From the NCBI GenBank assembly GCA_016783905.1, contig JADHVQ010000001.1, forward strand, positions 51,670-115,669: a DNA stretch of 64,000 bases, given 5' to 3'. Position numbers and translations under genes: made by a program. Below, piece by piece: positions 45,018-53,082 of this stretch (position 1 is its first letter; every line of letters begins with the position of its first letter). Source of the stretch: Bacteroidales bacterium. Lineage in GTDB: Bacteria; Bacteroidota; Bacteroidia; Bacteroidales; FEN-979. The notes under the pieces were generated by a model. The model had not been told where the DNA came from. It was given only the letters and a program-made list of their open reading frames with translations, and searched no databases.

Positions 45018-46891
45018 TCTTCCTTCCTTGAAGTGATTACAATAGCATTTCCTGCAATGGCATCATACCTGCACACATCATAGCAGGCGCGGCATTTGAT
45101 GCATTTTTCTTTATCCAGGTTGTGTGGTTCGGAGCGGGGTCCGATGATGGCTCCCGTCGGACAAACGCTTACACATAACTGGCATCCGGTACATTTCTCC
45201 CGGATCACCGAATATTCTATCAGAGAACTGCAAACCAGCGCCGGGCAGTAATATTCGTTCAGGTGCTCCACATATTCCGATCTGAAGTAACGAAGTGTGG
45301 TAAGAACAGGATTCGGGGCGGTTTGCCCCAGGCCGCACAGCGAGGTTGATTTAACGAGTTTTGCCAGGGATTCAAGTTTATCCAGGAATTCCGGTTCTGC
45401 ATCCCCGCGGCAAATTTTTTCCAGTATTTCGACCATATGGCGGGTACCGACCCTGCATGGCGTACATTTCCCACACGACTCTTTCTGAATGAAATCGAGA
45501 AAATACCTCGCTATATCAACGACACAGGTATCCCGGTCCATGACGATCAATCCGCCTGAACCCATGATGGAGCCAACCGATGCTAGTGTTTCGTATGTCA
45601 CCGGCGTATCCAGAAGTTCCTCCGGGATGCATCCGCCTGAAGGGCCTCCGGTCTGAACTGCCTTAAATTCTTTTTGTGGTCCACCACCGATGTCAAAAAT
45701 AATTTTCCGCAACGAAGTTCCGAGCGGAACTTCAATCAGTCCGGATCGCCTTATCTTGCCGACGAGTGAAAAGGTTTTGGTTCCGAAGTTGCCTTCCACA
45801 CCAAATTGCCTGTACCATTGTGATCCGTTTCTCAGGATGTGAGGAACGGTACTAAGGGTTTCCACATTATTGATGATGGTTGGGTTTTGATGCAATCCCG
45901 AAACAGCAGGAAACGGTGGCCGGGTTCGGGGCATTCCCCGCTTCCCTTCTACCGAGTGAATGAGTGAGGTCTCTTCCCCGCAAACAAAGGCACCCGCACC
46001 CTCTTTGATCCGGATGTCAAACGAAAAATCAGAACCGAGGATTTTTTCCCCGAGCAGGCCGTATTGATCCATTTGGCTTAATGCATGCCTCAACCGGATG
46101 ATGGCCAGTGGATATTCTGCGCGAATGTAGATGATGCCGTGAGAAGCACCAATGGCATATCCGGCGATCAGCATCCCTTCCAGCACGGCATGCGGATCAC
46201 TTTCAATCAACAGACGATTCATAAAGGCGCCCGGATCACCTTCATCCGCATTGCAGATCAGGTATTTTTCATCGGACACTGTATTCCGGCATGTACGCCA
46301 CTTTATCCCGGTGGGGAATCCTGCTCCTCCTCTTCCGCGAAGACCTGCATCCGTGATCTCATCGATGATCGCGTCAGGAGTTTTCTGCAACGCTTTTGAA
46401 AGGCCCTCATACCCACCATTGGCAATGTAATGATGAATATTTTCAGGATCTATCAGACCACAGTTCTTTGTGACTATCCTCACCTGTGATTGCAGCATCG
46501 GCTGATCAAAGAATCTGGGTACACCATCGAAAGAGTTTGTCCCGAAATGACCAAGCACCTTTCCTTTATGGCACTCTTTTTCAAGCAGATACTTGCGGAG
46601 AATTGCTTCGGCCGACTTCTCATCCACGTTTCCGAAAGAGACACGGGGATTGCCGAATGCACTGATGTCCATAATGGGTTCGAGGTAACAGGTCCCTATA
46701 CACCCAACCTCAACCAGCTTTGCCGAAAGATGATACTTCTTTAGTGTCGCTTTTACAGCTTCCCTGACCTTGTCCGCTCCTGCAGCTTTCCCACATGAAG
46801 CCATCCCCAGATAAATGACAGGCTCCTTCCTGGTGATGAGTGCATTCCATTCGGCGGCACTTTTCTTTTTGAGTTTCGTGAAGTTATTCAT
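45014..46891 (-). CDS. NuoF-like NADH/FMN subunit of HydB/Bfu type (with extra N-terminal 2Fe-2S and C-terminal 2x[4Fe-4S] domains)
   Basis: GRGGAGFPTGIKW, NADEGDPGAF, ESCGKCTPCRVG. N-terminal thioredoxin-like SCGKAAG..GCIGTCYLEP. C-terminal CTGCQLCVSVCP and CIKCRACYDVC. Confidence 0.9.
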   Translation of the reverse strand: MNNFTKLKKKSAAEWNALITRKEPVIYLGMASCGKAAGADKVREAVKATLKKYHLSAKLVEVGCIGTCYLEPIMDISAFGNPRVSFGNVDEKSAEAILRKYLLEKECHKGKVLGHFGTNSFDGVPRFFDQPMLQSQVRIVTKNCGLIDPENIHHYIANGGYEGLSKALQKTPDAIIDEITDAGLRGRGGAGFPTGIKWRTCRNTVSDEKYLICNADEGDPGAFMNRLLIESDPHAVLEGMLIAGYAIGASHGIIYIRAEYPLAIIRLRHALSQMDQYGLLGEKILGSDFSFDIRIKEGAGAFVCGEETSLIHSVEGKRGMPRTRPPFPAVSGLHQNPTIINNVETLSTVPHILRNGSQWYRQFGVEGNFGTKTFSLVGKIRRSGLIEVPLGTSLRKIIFDIGGGPQKEFKAVQTGGPSGGCIPEELLDTPVTYETLASVGSIMGSGGLIVMDRDTCVVDIARYFLDFIQKESCGKCTPCRVGTRHMVEILEKICRGDAEPEFLDKLESLAKLVKSTSLCGLGQTAPNPVLTTLRYFRSEYVEHLNEYYCPALVCSSLIEYSVIREKCTGCQLCVSVCPTGAIIGPRSEPHNLDKEKCIKCRACYDVCRYDAIAGNAIVITSRKEE

Positions 46892-47342
46892 AGTTGCTCC
46901 ACATTTCCTTAAGTTTAATAATGTTTACCTTGCTGTGAATGTCCTCGTCGATCTTCACAACGGGCGCTAGTGCGCAGCATCCGAGGCAGGCGACCCTGTT
47001 CAGGTCGAACCGCATATCGGAAGTACACTCGCCCGATTTGACCTCCAGATCCCGCTCACAGGTCTCCAGCAGGATTTCACCTCCTACAACATGACAGGCA
47101 GTACCCAGGCATATGCTGATGGAGTGTCTGCCCGGTTCACTGAACCGGAATTGGGAGTAAAAAGAAGCTACACCAAAAACCTGACTTTCAGTCAATTGTA
47201 AATAGTCAGCCACCGTTTCAACGATCTCAGGTGAGATATATCCGAGTTCTCCCTGGGCTTTCTGGAGAAGAGGGATCAAACTGCCCTCTTCCTTCGGATA
47301 GGTACACATATATTCTGTAAAACAGGTGATACGTTCTTTCAT
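46884..47342 (-). CDS. NuoE-like thioredoxin-fold [2Fe-2S] subunit (HydC type)
   Basis: 152 aa. CLGTACHVVGG and CLGCCALAPVV Cys pairs. Confidence 0.9.
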   Translation of the reverse strand: MKERITCFTEYMCTYPKEEGSLIPLLQKAQGELGYISPEIVETVADYLQLTESQVFGVASFYSQFRFSEPGRHSISICLGTACHVVGGEILLETCERDLEVKSGECTSDMRFDLNRVACLGCCALAPVVKIDEDIHSKVNIIKLKEMWSNYE

Positions 47343-47353
47343 TGTCTCTCTTT

Positions 47354-48613
47354 TTAATGGGTACTCAACTTGAAAAATATACAGTCCGATAAATCAGCTT
47401 CCCCGCGGGCACAATCCTGTGCAAATGTCTCGCAGGATGGCGCCCCGCACAAGCCACAATCTTTTTTGGGAAGCTTAACTAAGATCCTCTCCTTCTGGAT
47501 CATCCGTTTGATGGAGGTGCCAATATCTGAAGCCAGCGCTCTTGTGGGACGCGGAAGAACATGCCTTCCCAGGAAATAGTATTGCTCTTTGTATTTTTTC
47601 AGAACCTCCTGTTCGTTAAACGATTTCGGTTCTCCGAAATTTTTTTCGAGTATGATGGCAGTATGCCGGGCGATGTATGGATTCTCAACGCAAAAGATAC
47701 CTCCCATACACCCCTGGGTACAGGTAAATGCTTCGATGTAATCGATGTTTCTCAGTTTTTCGGTTTCAATGTCGTTGAGGACATTCATGATGTTCTCAAT
47801 ACCCACGACCGTAAGGTGTCTTTCAGCATCCAGGTACTGTGATACATGGCCTATCTCTCCCCAGCCTCTGCCATAATAAAAATAGTCATCCGTGCTTTTC
47901 GGTTTCTGGCCCTTATTCACCATCATTAACTCCGGAAGTATCATGTTGTAGATATCTTTAATCGCGATAGCGCCATCAAACCAGGATTTCTCTTTCTCAG
48001 CCGGCTGCTTGATGGAGACTACCATAGCAGGGCAGGATGTAATGTATATAGCGCCGATTTTGCTCATACTAATACCCAGTTTCTCTGCATATTCATGTTT
48101 TGCCTCCTTGGCCGTGATCTCGCGGGGGACATCAAAGGTGGAGATCAGCTCCATTAAATTTGGGTAATTAACCTGTATCAGTCTGATCAAGGCAGGGCAA
48201 AATGAGCTGATGATCGGTCTCTCTTTTGGATTGGTTTTTATATGCTCAGAGATAGCAAACATCAGTTCATGGCAAACCCTGGAACTATCAACAACGGCAT
48301 CGAAACCAATATTTTTCAATGCCTGATGAACCAGACTGGGATGAATAGCTGATCCGAATTGGGTGTAAAGTGTTCGGGAGGGAATGGCAAGTTTGAATTC
48401 AAATTTCTCGAAGTCACTGATTTCGTCAATCATGGGAACAAACACATGCTCAGGACAAACATTGATGCATGCACCACAATCAACACAAAGGTCGTCGTAA
48501 TAGGTGATCGTCCCGTGTCTTAATCTGATGGCCTCGGTTGGACATGCTCTGAGGCACTTCATCCTCCCGGTGCACTTTTCGGGAATAATCACATGTGAAT
48601 GATAATACTTCAT
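47354..48613 (-). CDS. [FeFe]-hydrogenase H-domain-like iron-sulfur protein with variant H-cluster motifs (putative sensory/regulatory, not a canonical HydA)
   Basis: 419 aa. N-terminal CLRACP / CVDCGACINVCP. L1-like SSFCP, L2-like TSCPAMVVS, L3-like EAFTCTQGCMGG. C-terminal CGLCGAPSCETFAQDC Fe-S motif. Confidence 0.75.
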   Translation of the reverse strand: MKYYHSHVIIPEKCTGRMKCLRACPTEAIRLRHGTITYYDDLCVDCGACINVCPEHVFVPMIDEISDFEKFEFKLAIPSRTLYTQFGSAIHPSLVHQALKNIGFDAVVDSSRVCHELMFAISEHIKTNPKERPIISSFCPALIRLIQVNYPNLMELISTFDVPREITAKEAKHEYAEKLGISMSKIGAIYITSCPAMVVSIKQPAEKEKSWFDGAIAIKDIYNMILPELMMVNKGQKPKSTDDYFYYGRGWGEIGHVSQYLDAERHLTVVGIENIMNVLNDIETEKLRNIDYIEAFTCTQGCMGGIFCVENPYIARHTAIILEKNFGEPKSFNEQEVLKKYKEQYYFLGRHVLPRPTRALASDIGTSIKRMIQKERILVKLPKKDCGLCGAPSCETFAQDCARGEADLSDCIFFKLSTH

Positions 48614-49431
48614 TTCACATAAAACATGGTTTCGATTCTCGTCCCCTCATTGACCATACTTTCAATATTCATTTTATCAGAATTCTTCCTGATATTTGGC
48701 AGCCCCATTCCAGCTCCGAAACCCATCGCTCTTTGTTCCTCTGTAGCAGTTGAATACCCCTCCTGCATCGCCAGTTCAATGTCCTCAATGCCTTTCCCCT
48801 CATCCGCAATGATGATGTATATTTCCTGATCACTCGCTTTTAATGTCACCTTTGCCCTTTTCGCGTGCATGACCACATTCATTTCAGCTTCATAGGTCGA
48901 AATGGCTACCCTTCTGATAATCAAAGGATCATACCCGATCGATTTCAGAATGGTTTTGATCTGGGTGGAGACCATCCCTGCACTGGCAAAGTCCTGACCG
49001 TCAATAGAGAACGTATAGGTTGTAATGTTTTCTGCCCGTTTCGGCAATTCAGAAATATCTTTGGTAATTTGGATTTCTCCTTCGATAGAGGCTATCTTTA
49101 CGCATGTTTCATACATGTCTGTATCCGTGGTCAGGATAACCAATCCTTTCTCTTCTGCAAATTTTCGGATATCATTAGCGGGGATTTTACTTCTGATAAA
49201 GACAATCCCCTTGAATTCGGCCATATAGGCAGAAATGGCTGCCTGTACTGAATTCAACCCTGTTACGAGGATAGAACCAGACTTACCGTATGCCAGCACG
49301 TCACTCATCAGGTCTGAGGCGTAGATGCCCGAAACATACTGTCCGGTCTTACAGTTTCCAGCAATGACGTTGGCCTGTAATGCCTCTTTGATCTTTGTTA
49401 TTTCAATACTATGGTTTCTATCCTCTTGCAT
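48610..49431 (-). CDS. DRTGG-domain + GHKL (RsbW/SpoIIAB-like) ATPase/kinase
   Basis: 273 aa. N-terminal DRTGG-like half (SILVTGLNSVQAA). C-terminal half has an N box (EAEMNVVMHA), G1 (ADEGKGIED) and G2 (GFGAGMGLPN). Confidence 0.75.
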   Translation of the reverse strand: MQEDRNHSIEITKIKEALQANVIAGNCKTGQYVSGIYASDLMSDVLAYGKSGSILVTGLNSVQAAISAYMAEFKGIVFIRSKIPANDIRKFAEEKGLVILTTDTDMYETCVKIASIEGEIQITKDISELPKRAENITTYTFSIDGQDFASAGMVSTQIKTILKSIGYDPLIIRRVAISTYEAEMNVVMHAKRAKVTLKASDQEIYIIIADEGKGIEDIELAMQEGYSTATEEQRAMGFGAGMGLPNIRKNSDKMNIESMVNEGTRIETMFYVK

Positions 49432-49446
49432 GGTTCAGGGTTCCTG

Positions 49447-49776
49447 TCATTCCAATCCGACTTCCACCAGCTTGCCTGCTAATTGGAAGCTGGATAACGG
49501 ACTACTCAAAATAATTACATGAAACCGGTTTGCAAGTTCAATAGTCCCTTCCGGAACCTCTTTCCCATTCGTAACAATGACCGCTGCGATATCAATCAGG
49601 TTGGCAGCTGATACGACGTTTTTATGTGTCTGAACAGTGAGCCAGATATTACCCATCTCTGCACTGCTCATGACATCTGAAAGCATATCAGAAATAAATA
49701 CACCTGATACCTCTTTGTCTTCTACGTTTGTAAGTATGACAAGCGAGAGTTTTTCAATGATTTCCTTTAGCTTCAT
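49447..49776 (-). CDS. stand-alone DRTGG-domain protein
   Basis: 109 aa, paralogous to the N-terminal half of the downstream gene (SGVFISDMLSDVM / SGIYASDLMSDVL). Confidence 0.65.
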   Translation of the reverse strand: MKLKEIIEKLSLVILTNVEDKEVSGVFISDMLSDVMSSAEMGNIWLTVQTHKNVVSAANLIDIAAVIVTNGKEVPEGTIELANRFHVIILSSPLSSFQLAGKLVEVGLE

Positions 49777-49813
49777 AGTTGATCTCTTTATTTAGTGATT
49801 TTTCTTTTTGAAG

Positions 49814-50368
49814 TTATTCGTTTTCAGGCGGTGATAGCGATAACATGCCTACATCCCTGATCATCTCAGCAAAACACACAGCTATGTCATCAATCATGTC
49901 AGAAGAGACAATTTTGATCCTGGAAATGGAAGATTTTCGCCGCTGATTAAAGTACTCCTCAAGGATGGTGATCTTTTCGGGACTCAGTTGCTTCCTTTCA
50001 TCAACCGGGAAAAATCCGAACGCCACGTAGACCCATGTACGGCTTTTCTCCAGTTCTTTCATCAGGCTATCCACCTTGCATTTCTCATCGCAGCCGGTAC
50101 ACATCATTAAACCAGCCAGTTCACTGAACTGAACTACTTCCCCGCAAACCTTACATTTCAGATTAAAACGGATCGATTGAGCCACCTCCATGATATTCCA
50201 GAAATGTTCACCTTCACGATACTCTTCCAGGGGCGGCCATTCTCCAACGGAAAAATAGGTATTTGTTTTGCGGCATCTGAAACAGTTCTCGGTAACGATA
50301 TACCCTTGTTGGACATTGATCATTTCCCAGTTATGGCTGCATAGTTCTTCCTTCATAGATACTTTCAA
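49814..50368 (-). CDS. Cys-rich (zinc-ribbon-like) hypothetical protein, first gene of the redox operon
   Basis: 184 aa. CFRCRK, CKVCGE and CTGCDEKC pairs. No family recognised. Confidence 0.5.
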   Translation of the reverse strand: MKVSMKEELCSHNWEMINVQQGYIVTENCFRCRKTNTYFSVGEWPPLEEYREGEHFWNIMEVAQSIRFNLKCKVCGEVVQFSELAGLMMCTGCDEKCKVDSLMKELEKSRTWVYVAFGFFPVDERKQLSPEKITILEEYFNQRRKSSISRIKIVSSDMIDDIAVCFAEMIRDVGMLSLSPPENE

Positions 50369-50472
50369 TTAGAAGATTGAAAAAAGGGTTATCGAGAGAT
50401 TCCCCGTTGATTAGGGTAGGGATATAATTGATCCGCATCTGGTTATCTGGTAGAATTTGTGAGTTACATGTA

Positions 50473-50480
50473 CAAATATA
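50473..50480 (-). promoter_or_regulatory. candidate -7 box (TATATTTG) for the nine-gene redox operon
   Basis: Minus-strand TATATTTG ~105 nt upstream of ATG 50368. A TTTG lies 13 nt further upstream, which is shorter than the usual spacing. Confidence 0.3.
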
Positions 50481-50539
50481 ATTCAAGATCGGACAAATCC
50501 AGCTCCGGGAGGAAGTTTTTTTATCCTGAAGCAGGATTT

Positions 50540-50650
50540 TCAATATTCCGTTTTATCCATCTTCTGCTCCAACAGCCTGAGGAGAGTCCATGCATCTTCA
50601 TGGCCGATCCGGCTCTGTTTTCTTAAGAATCCAACCTCCTTCAACATGAT
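50540..50650 (-). pseudogene. orphan 3'-terminal fragment of a guanine-deaminase paralog
   Basis: Minus-strand frame reads ..KQSRIGHEDAWTLLRLLEQKMDKTEY*, versus the guaD C-terminus ..IKLSRIHHEDAWTLFRQWKQKMDKTEY*. About 80 nt of nucleotide similarity to 52256-52340. Confidence 0.6.
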
Positions 50651-50702
50651 ACCCGGCCACAGCAAGGATGGGAAACTGTTTCTCGATGGGTGTGATCCGC
50701 TC

Positions 50703-51770
50703 TTATCTCTTCACAAATTTCCCGGAGTAAATGGAACTACTGTTTGAACCCCTGACGGTATAGAGGTAAATGCCTGAAGGCAGGTCATACAGGGCAATGC
50801 GCTGTTGTCCGGACCCATTACAGACCATGGTTTTACACGTTTTTCCCAGCATGGTGCGGATCTCAATCCTCCCGGTAAAGCCGGATCCAGTCTCTATGAT
50901 AACATACGATTCAGCCGGGTTGGGATATACCGTGATGGCATTGGTTTCGGCCTCTTCTGCTACTCCTTGAGTTGGCTTGGCTTTCAGGAAGATCACATTG
51001 TCGACAATCCCTTTCAGGTCACTTCTCATCTCCATCTCCGCCAGGTAGAACCCCGCTTCATCATCATTCGACCACCATGTGTACATGTCTGTAGTATCTA
51101 TCTCCACCTCCTGGAAGTTCCATTGACCAACGATATAAAGGAATGTACAATCCAGTTGCACCTGGTGTTCATGAACCCTTAATGCTTCATAGGTCCCGAT
51201 TGGAATAGTGATCGAGCCCCAGGCATCCACCTCTATATCAGCAATGGTGGTGAATTGCATGCGAACTGAATCAACCGGTGGTGTGGGGCCGGGAATTGTG
51301 AATTTAAATGTGCTTGTGTCTGACCTGATATCCCCGTACGCTACCGGAAATTCTGCAACCTTCATTTTTGGATTCACACGGATGATGATCGTAGTATCAG
51401 ACAATTCTTCCATTTTCCAGACCATTCCTATCACGGATAATTCGGAATTATCGCGGTAAAACATCACATACATACTGTCTAAACCCAGTTGTAATAAAGC
51501 AAAGTTGGCATCAGGAAACAGGGAGCCATAGGGGGTCCAGTCCGGTTGGAGGAACTTAATCGTGTCGACCCAGTCTTCATGGAGGGTGGAAAAATCCCAC
51601 ACCTGGTTAGGGCCGGCAAGGCCAGGTCCGATGGTTCCTGCAGGAAGGGTATCTACGGCCTGGATGACCGTCGACCCCGAACCGAGAATGTCGTTGTTTG
51701 TAATCACGATCTGGGCCTGGAGGATGCCTGACCCCAGAATAATTACCAGTGCAAGTAAAAGCTTTTTCAT
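50703..51770 (-). CDS. secreted protein with T9SS C-terminal sorting domain (function unknown)
   Basis: 355 aa. Signal peptide MKKLLLALVIILGSGILQA. C-terminus ITVYPNPAESYVIIE...LPSGIYLYTVRG. Confidence 0.7.
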   Translation of the reverse strand: MKKLLLALVIILGSGILQAQIVITNNDILGSGSTVIQAVDTLPAGTIGPGLAGPNQVWDFSTLHEDWVDTIKFLQPDWTPYGSLFPDANFALLQLGLDSMYVMFYRDNSELSVIGMVWKMEELSDTTIIIRVNPKMKVAEFPVAYGDIRSDTSTFKFTIPGPTPPVDSVRMQFTTIADIEVDAWGSITIPIGTYEALRVHEHQVQLDCTFLYIVGQWNFQEVEIDTTDMYTWWSNDDEAGFYLAEMEMRSDLKGIVDNVIFLKAKPTQGVAEEAETNAITVYPNPAESYVIIETGSGFTGRIEIRTMLGKTCKTMVCNGSGQQRIALYDLPSGIYLYTVRGSNSSSIYSGKFVKR

Positions 51771-51810
51771 GGGATTTGGATTTTGGTTGTCTATAGATAT
51801 ATGGGCTTTT

Positions 51811-51842
51811 CAAATATACTGCATTTGGGACAATTTTGCAAA
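51811..51842 (-). promoter_or_regulatory. candidate Bacteroidota promoter (-33 TTTG, 20-nt spacer, -7 TATATTTG)
   Basis: Minus strand: TTTG caaaattgtcccaaatgcag TATATTTG. The -7 box is ~40 nt upstream of ATG 51770. Confidence 0.45.
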
Positions 51843-52015
51843 TAGAGGTATATTTTATTTTTTTCCATATCCTTAAGGGCTCTATTTATTCAGGCAGAAA
51901 AGAACCTTTCTCACTAGTTCAACCGATTACTGCCATCCATATGAACTATTCAAAGCTCCCGGATCAAACCACCTGAAGGTGCCGGCTTCCGTTAGCCGGG
52001 AGGCCAACAACAATT

Positions 52016-52255
52016 TTGTATTCATCGATTCTCCCCTGGACGGGACCCATACCCTCAACGGGCTATGATGTCAGTCAGGCAATTACTATCTACCTCATAA
52101 ATAGCCTTGGAATTCAACTTGATGAAAGGAAAGTGATGCCTGTACTTGGATCAGCCAGGGTAGAGATGGACCTGACCGGCTATGAGCCAGGGATCTACTT
52201 TGTGAAGATCTCTAACGGGGATTCGGTATGCATGGAGAAGATTGTGATCCACTGA
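52016..52255 (+). pseudogene. remnant of a T9SS C-terminal sorting domain (upstream cargo body missing)
   Basis: ..ITIYLINSLGIQL...DLTGYEPGIYFVKISNGDSVCMEKIVIH resembles a CTD tail. No cargo ORF precedes it, and the upstream sequence reads only in another frame. Confidence 0.45.
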
Positions 52256-52729
52256 TCAATACTCCGTTTTATCCATTTTCTGTTTCCACTGTCTGAAGAG
52301 GGTCCATGCATCTTCATGGTGTATCCGGCTGAGTTTTATTTTCCGTATCTCCTTATCCCGCAGTAACTCCTCATGGATAAAATGATCATCAAAACCTGCT
52401 TCTGCCGCCTCTTCACGAGTGGAGGCATAATAGATCGCTTCCGGCCGCGCCCAGTAGATGGCGCCCAGGCACATGGGGCAGGGCTCACAGGAGGAGTAAA
52501 TGACACATTCGTCTAACTGATGGGTATTGAGATTCTTACAGGCATCTCTGATCGCCTGGATCTCTGCATGGGCAGTGGGATCGTTAGTGGATAACACCTG
52601 ATTATATCCCTCCCCAACGATCTCTCCGTACTTCACCACAACTGCTCCGAAAGGCCCGCCGTGGTTCGATTCCATGGCATGTCTGGCTAGCTCAACAGCG
52701 CGATGAATATACTTCAGATGGTGTTTCAT
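52256..52729 (-). CDS. guaD: guanine deaminase (CDA-fold, GuaD type)
   Basis: 157 aa. GGPFGAVVV, HAEIQAIRDAC, PCPMCLGAIYWARP, FDDHFI. Close to my recollection of Bacillus subtilis GuaD throughout. Confidence 0.85.
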   Translation of the reverse strand: MKHHLKYIHRAVELARHAMESNHGGPFGAVVVKYGEIVGEGYNQVLSTNDPTAHAEIQAIRDACKNLNTHQLDECVIYSSCEPCPMCLGAIYWARPEAIYYASTREEAAEAGFDDHFIHEELLRDKEIRKIKLSRIHHEDAWTLFRQWKQKMDKTEY

Positions 52730-52740
52730 ACATCGGTTTT

Positions 52741-52905
52741 AAATTCCAAATAATACGCACCAAATAATAAGTATCAAATAACAAATAATAACCAAGTTCT
52801 AATGTTCAAAGTTCCAAACATTTCAGAATGATTTAAGTTTTGATCATTGATAATTGAGATTTGTAATTTATTTGAATTTTGTTTTTTGTTATTTGTTGCT
52901 TATCT
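52741..52905. repeat. AT-rich dyad element: CAAATAA-type A-rich arm followed by TTATTTG-type T-rich arm (copy 1)
   Basis: tccaaataata..ccaaataataagtatcaaataacaaataataaccaag ... tttgtaatttatttgaattttgttttttgttatttgttg. About 47 nt (from ~52774) aligns at ~75-80% by eye with 59813-59860. Confidence 0.65.
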
Positions 52906-53082
52906 TCTCCATTGCATACTCCGCCAGTGCAGTGATTGTAAAACTGGGATTGACCCCCAGCCTTCTCTGCATAGCGGTTCATCTCCTCCTGCCACCACCA
53001 GGCCCCGGGACTTGTAGATCCTGGATCCTGCAGCTTCGCTCCGCTCGCTGTGACGATGATGATGTAATCGTAGATCTCTGAC

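Noticed and set aside
50369-50702. The 330-nt region upstream of the redox operon, considered as a riboswitch or sRNA. The tracked 70-aa ORF at 50331-50543 lies here.
   Set aside because: I could not recognise any known riboswitch core. Part of the region is explained by the guaD-tail fragment. The 70-aa ORF overlaps the operon start and has no motifs.
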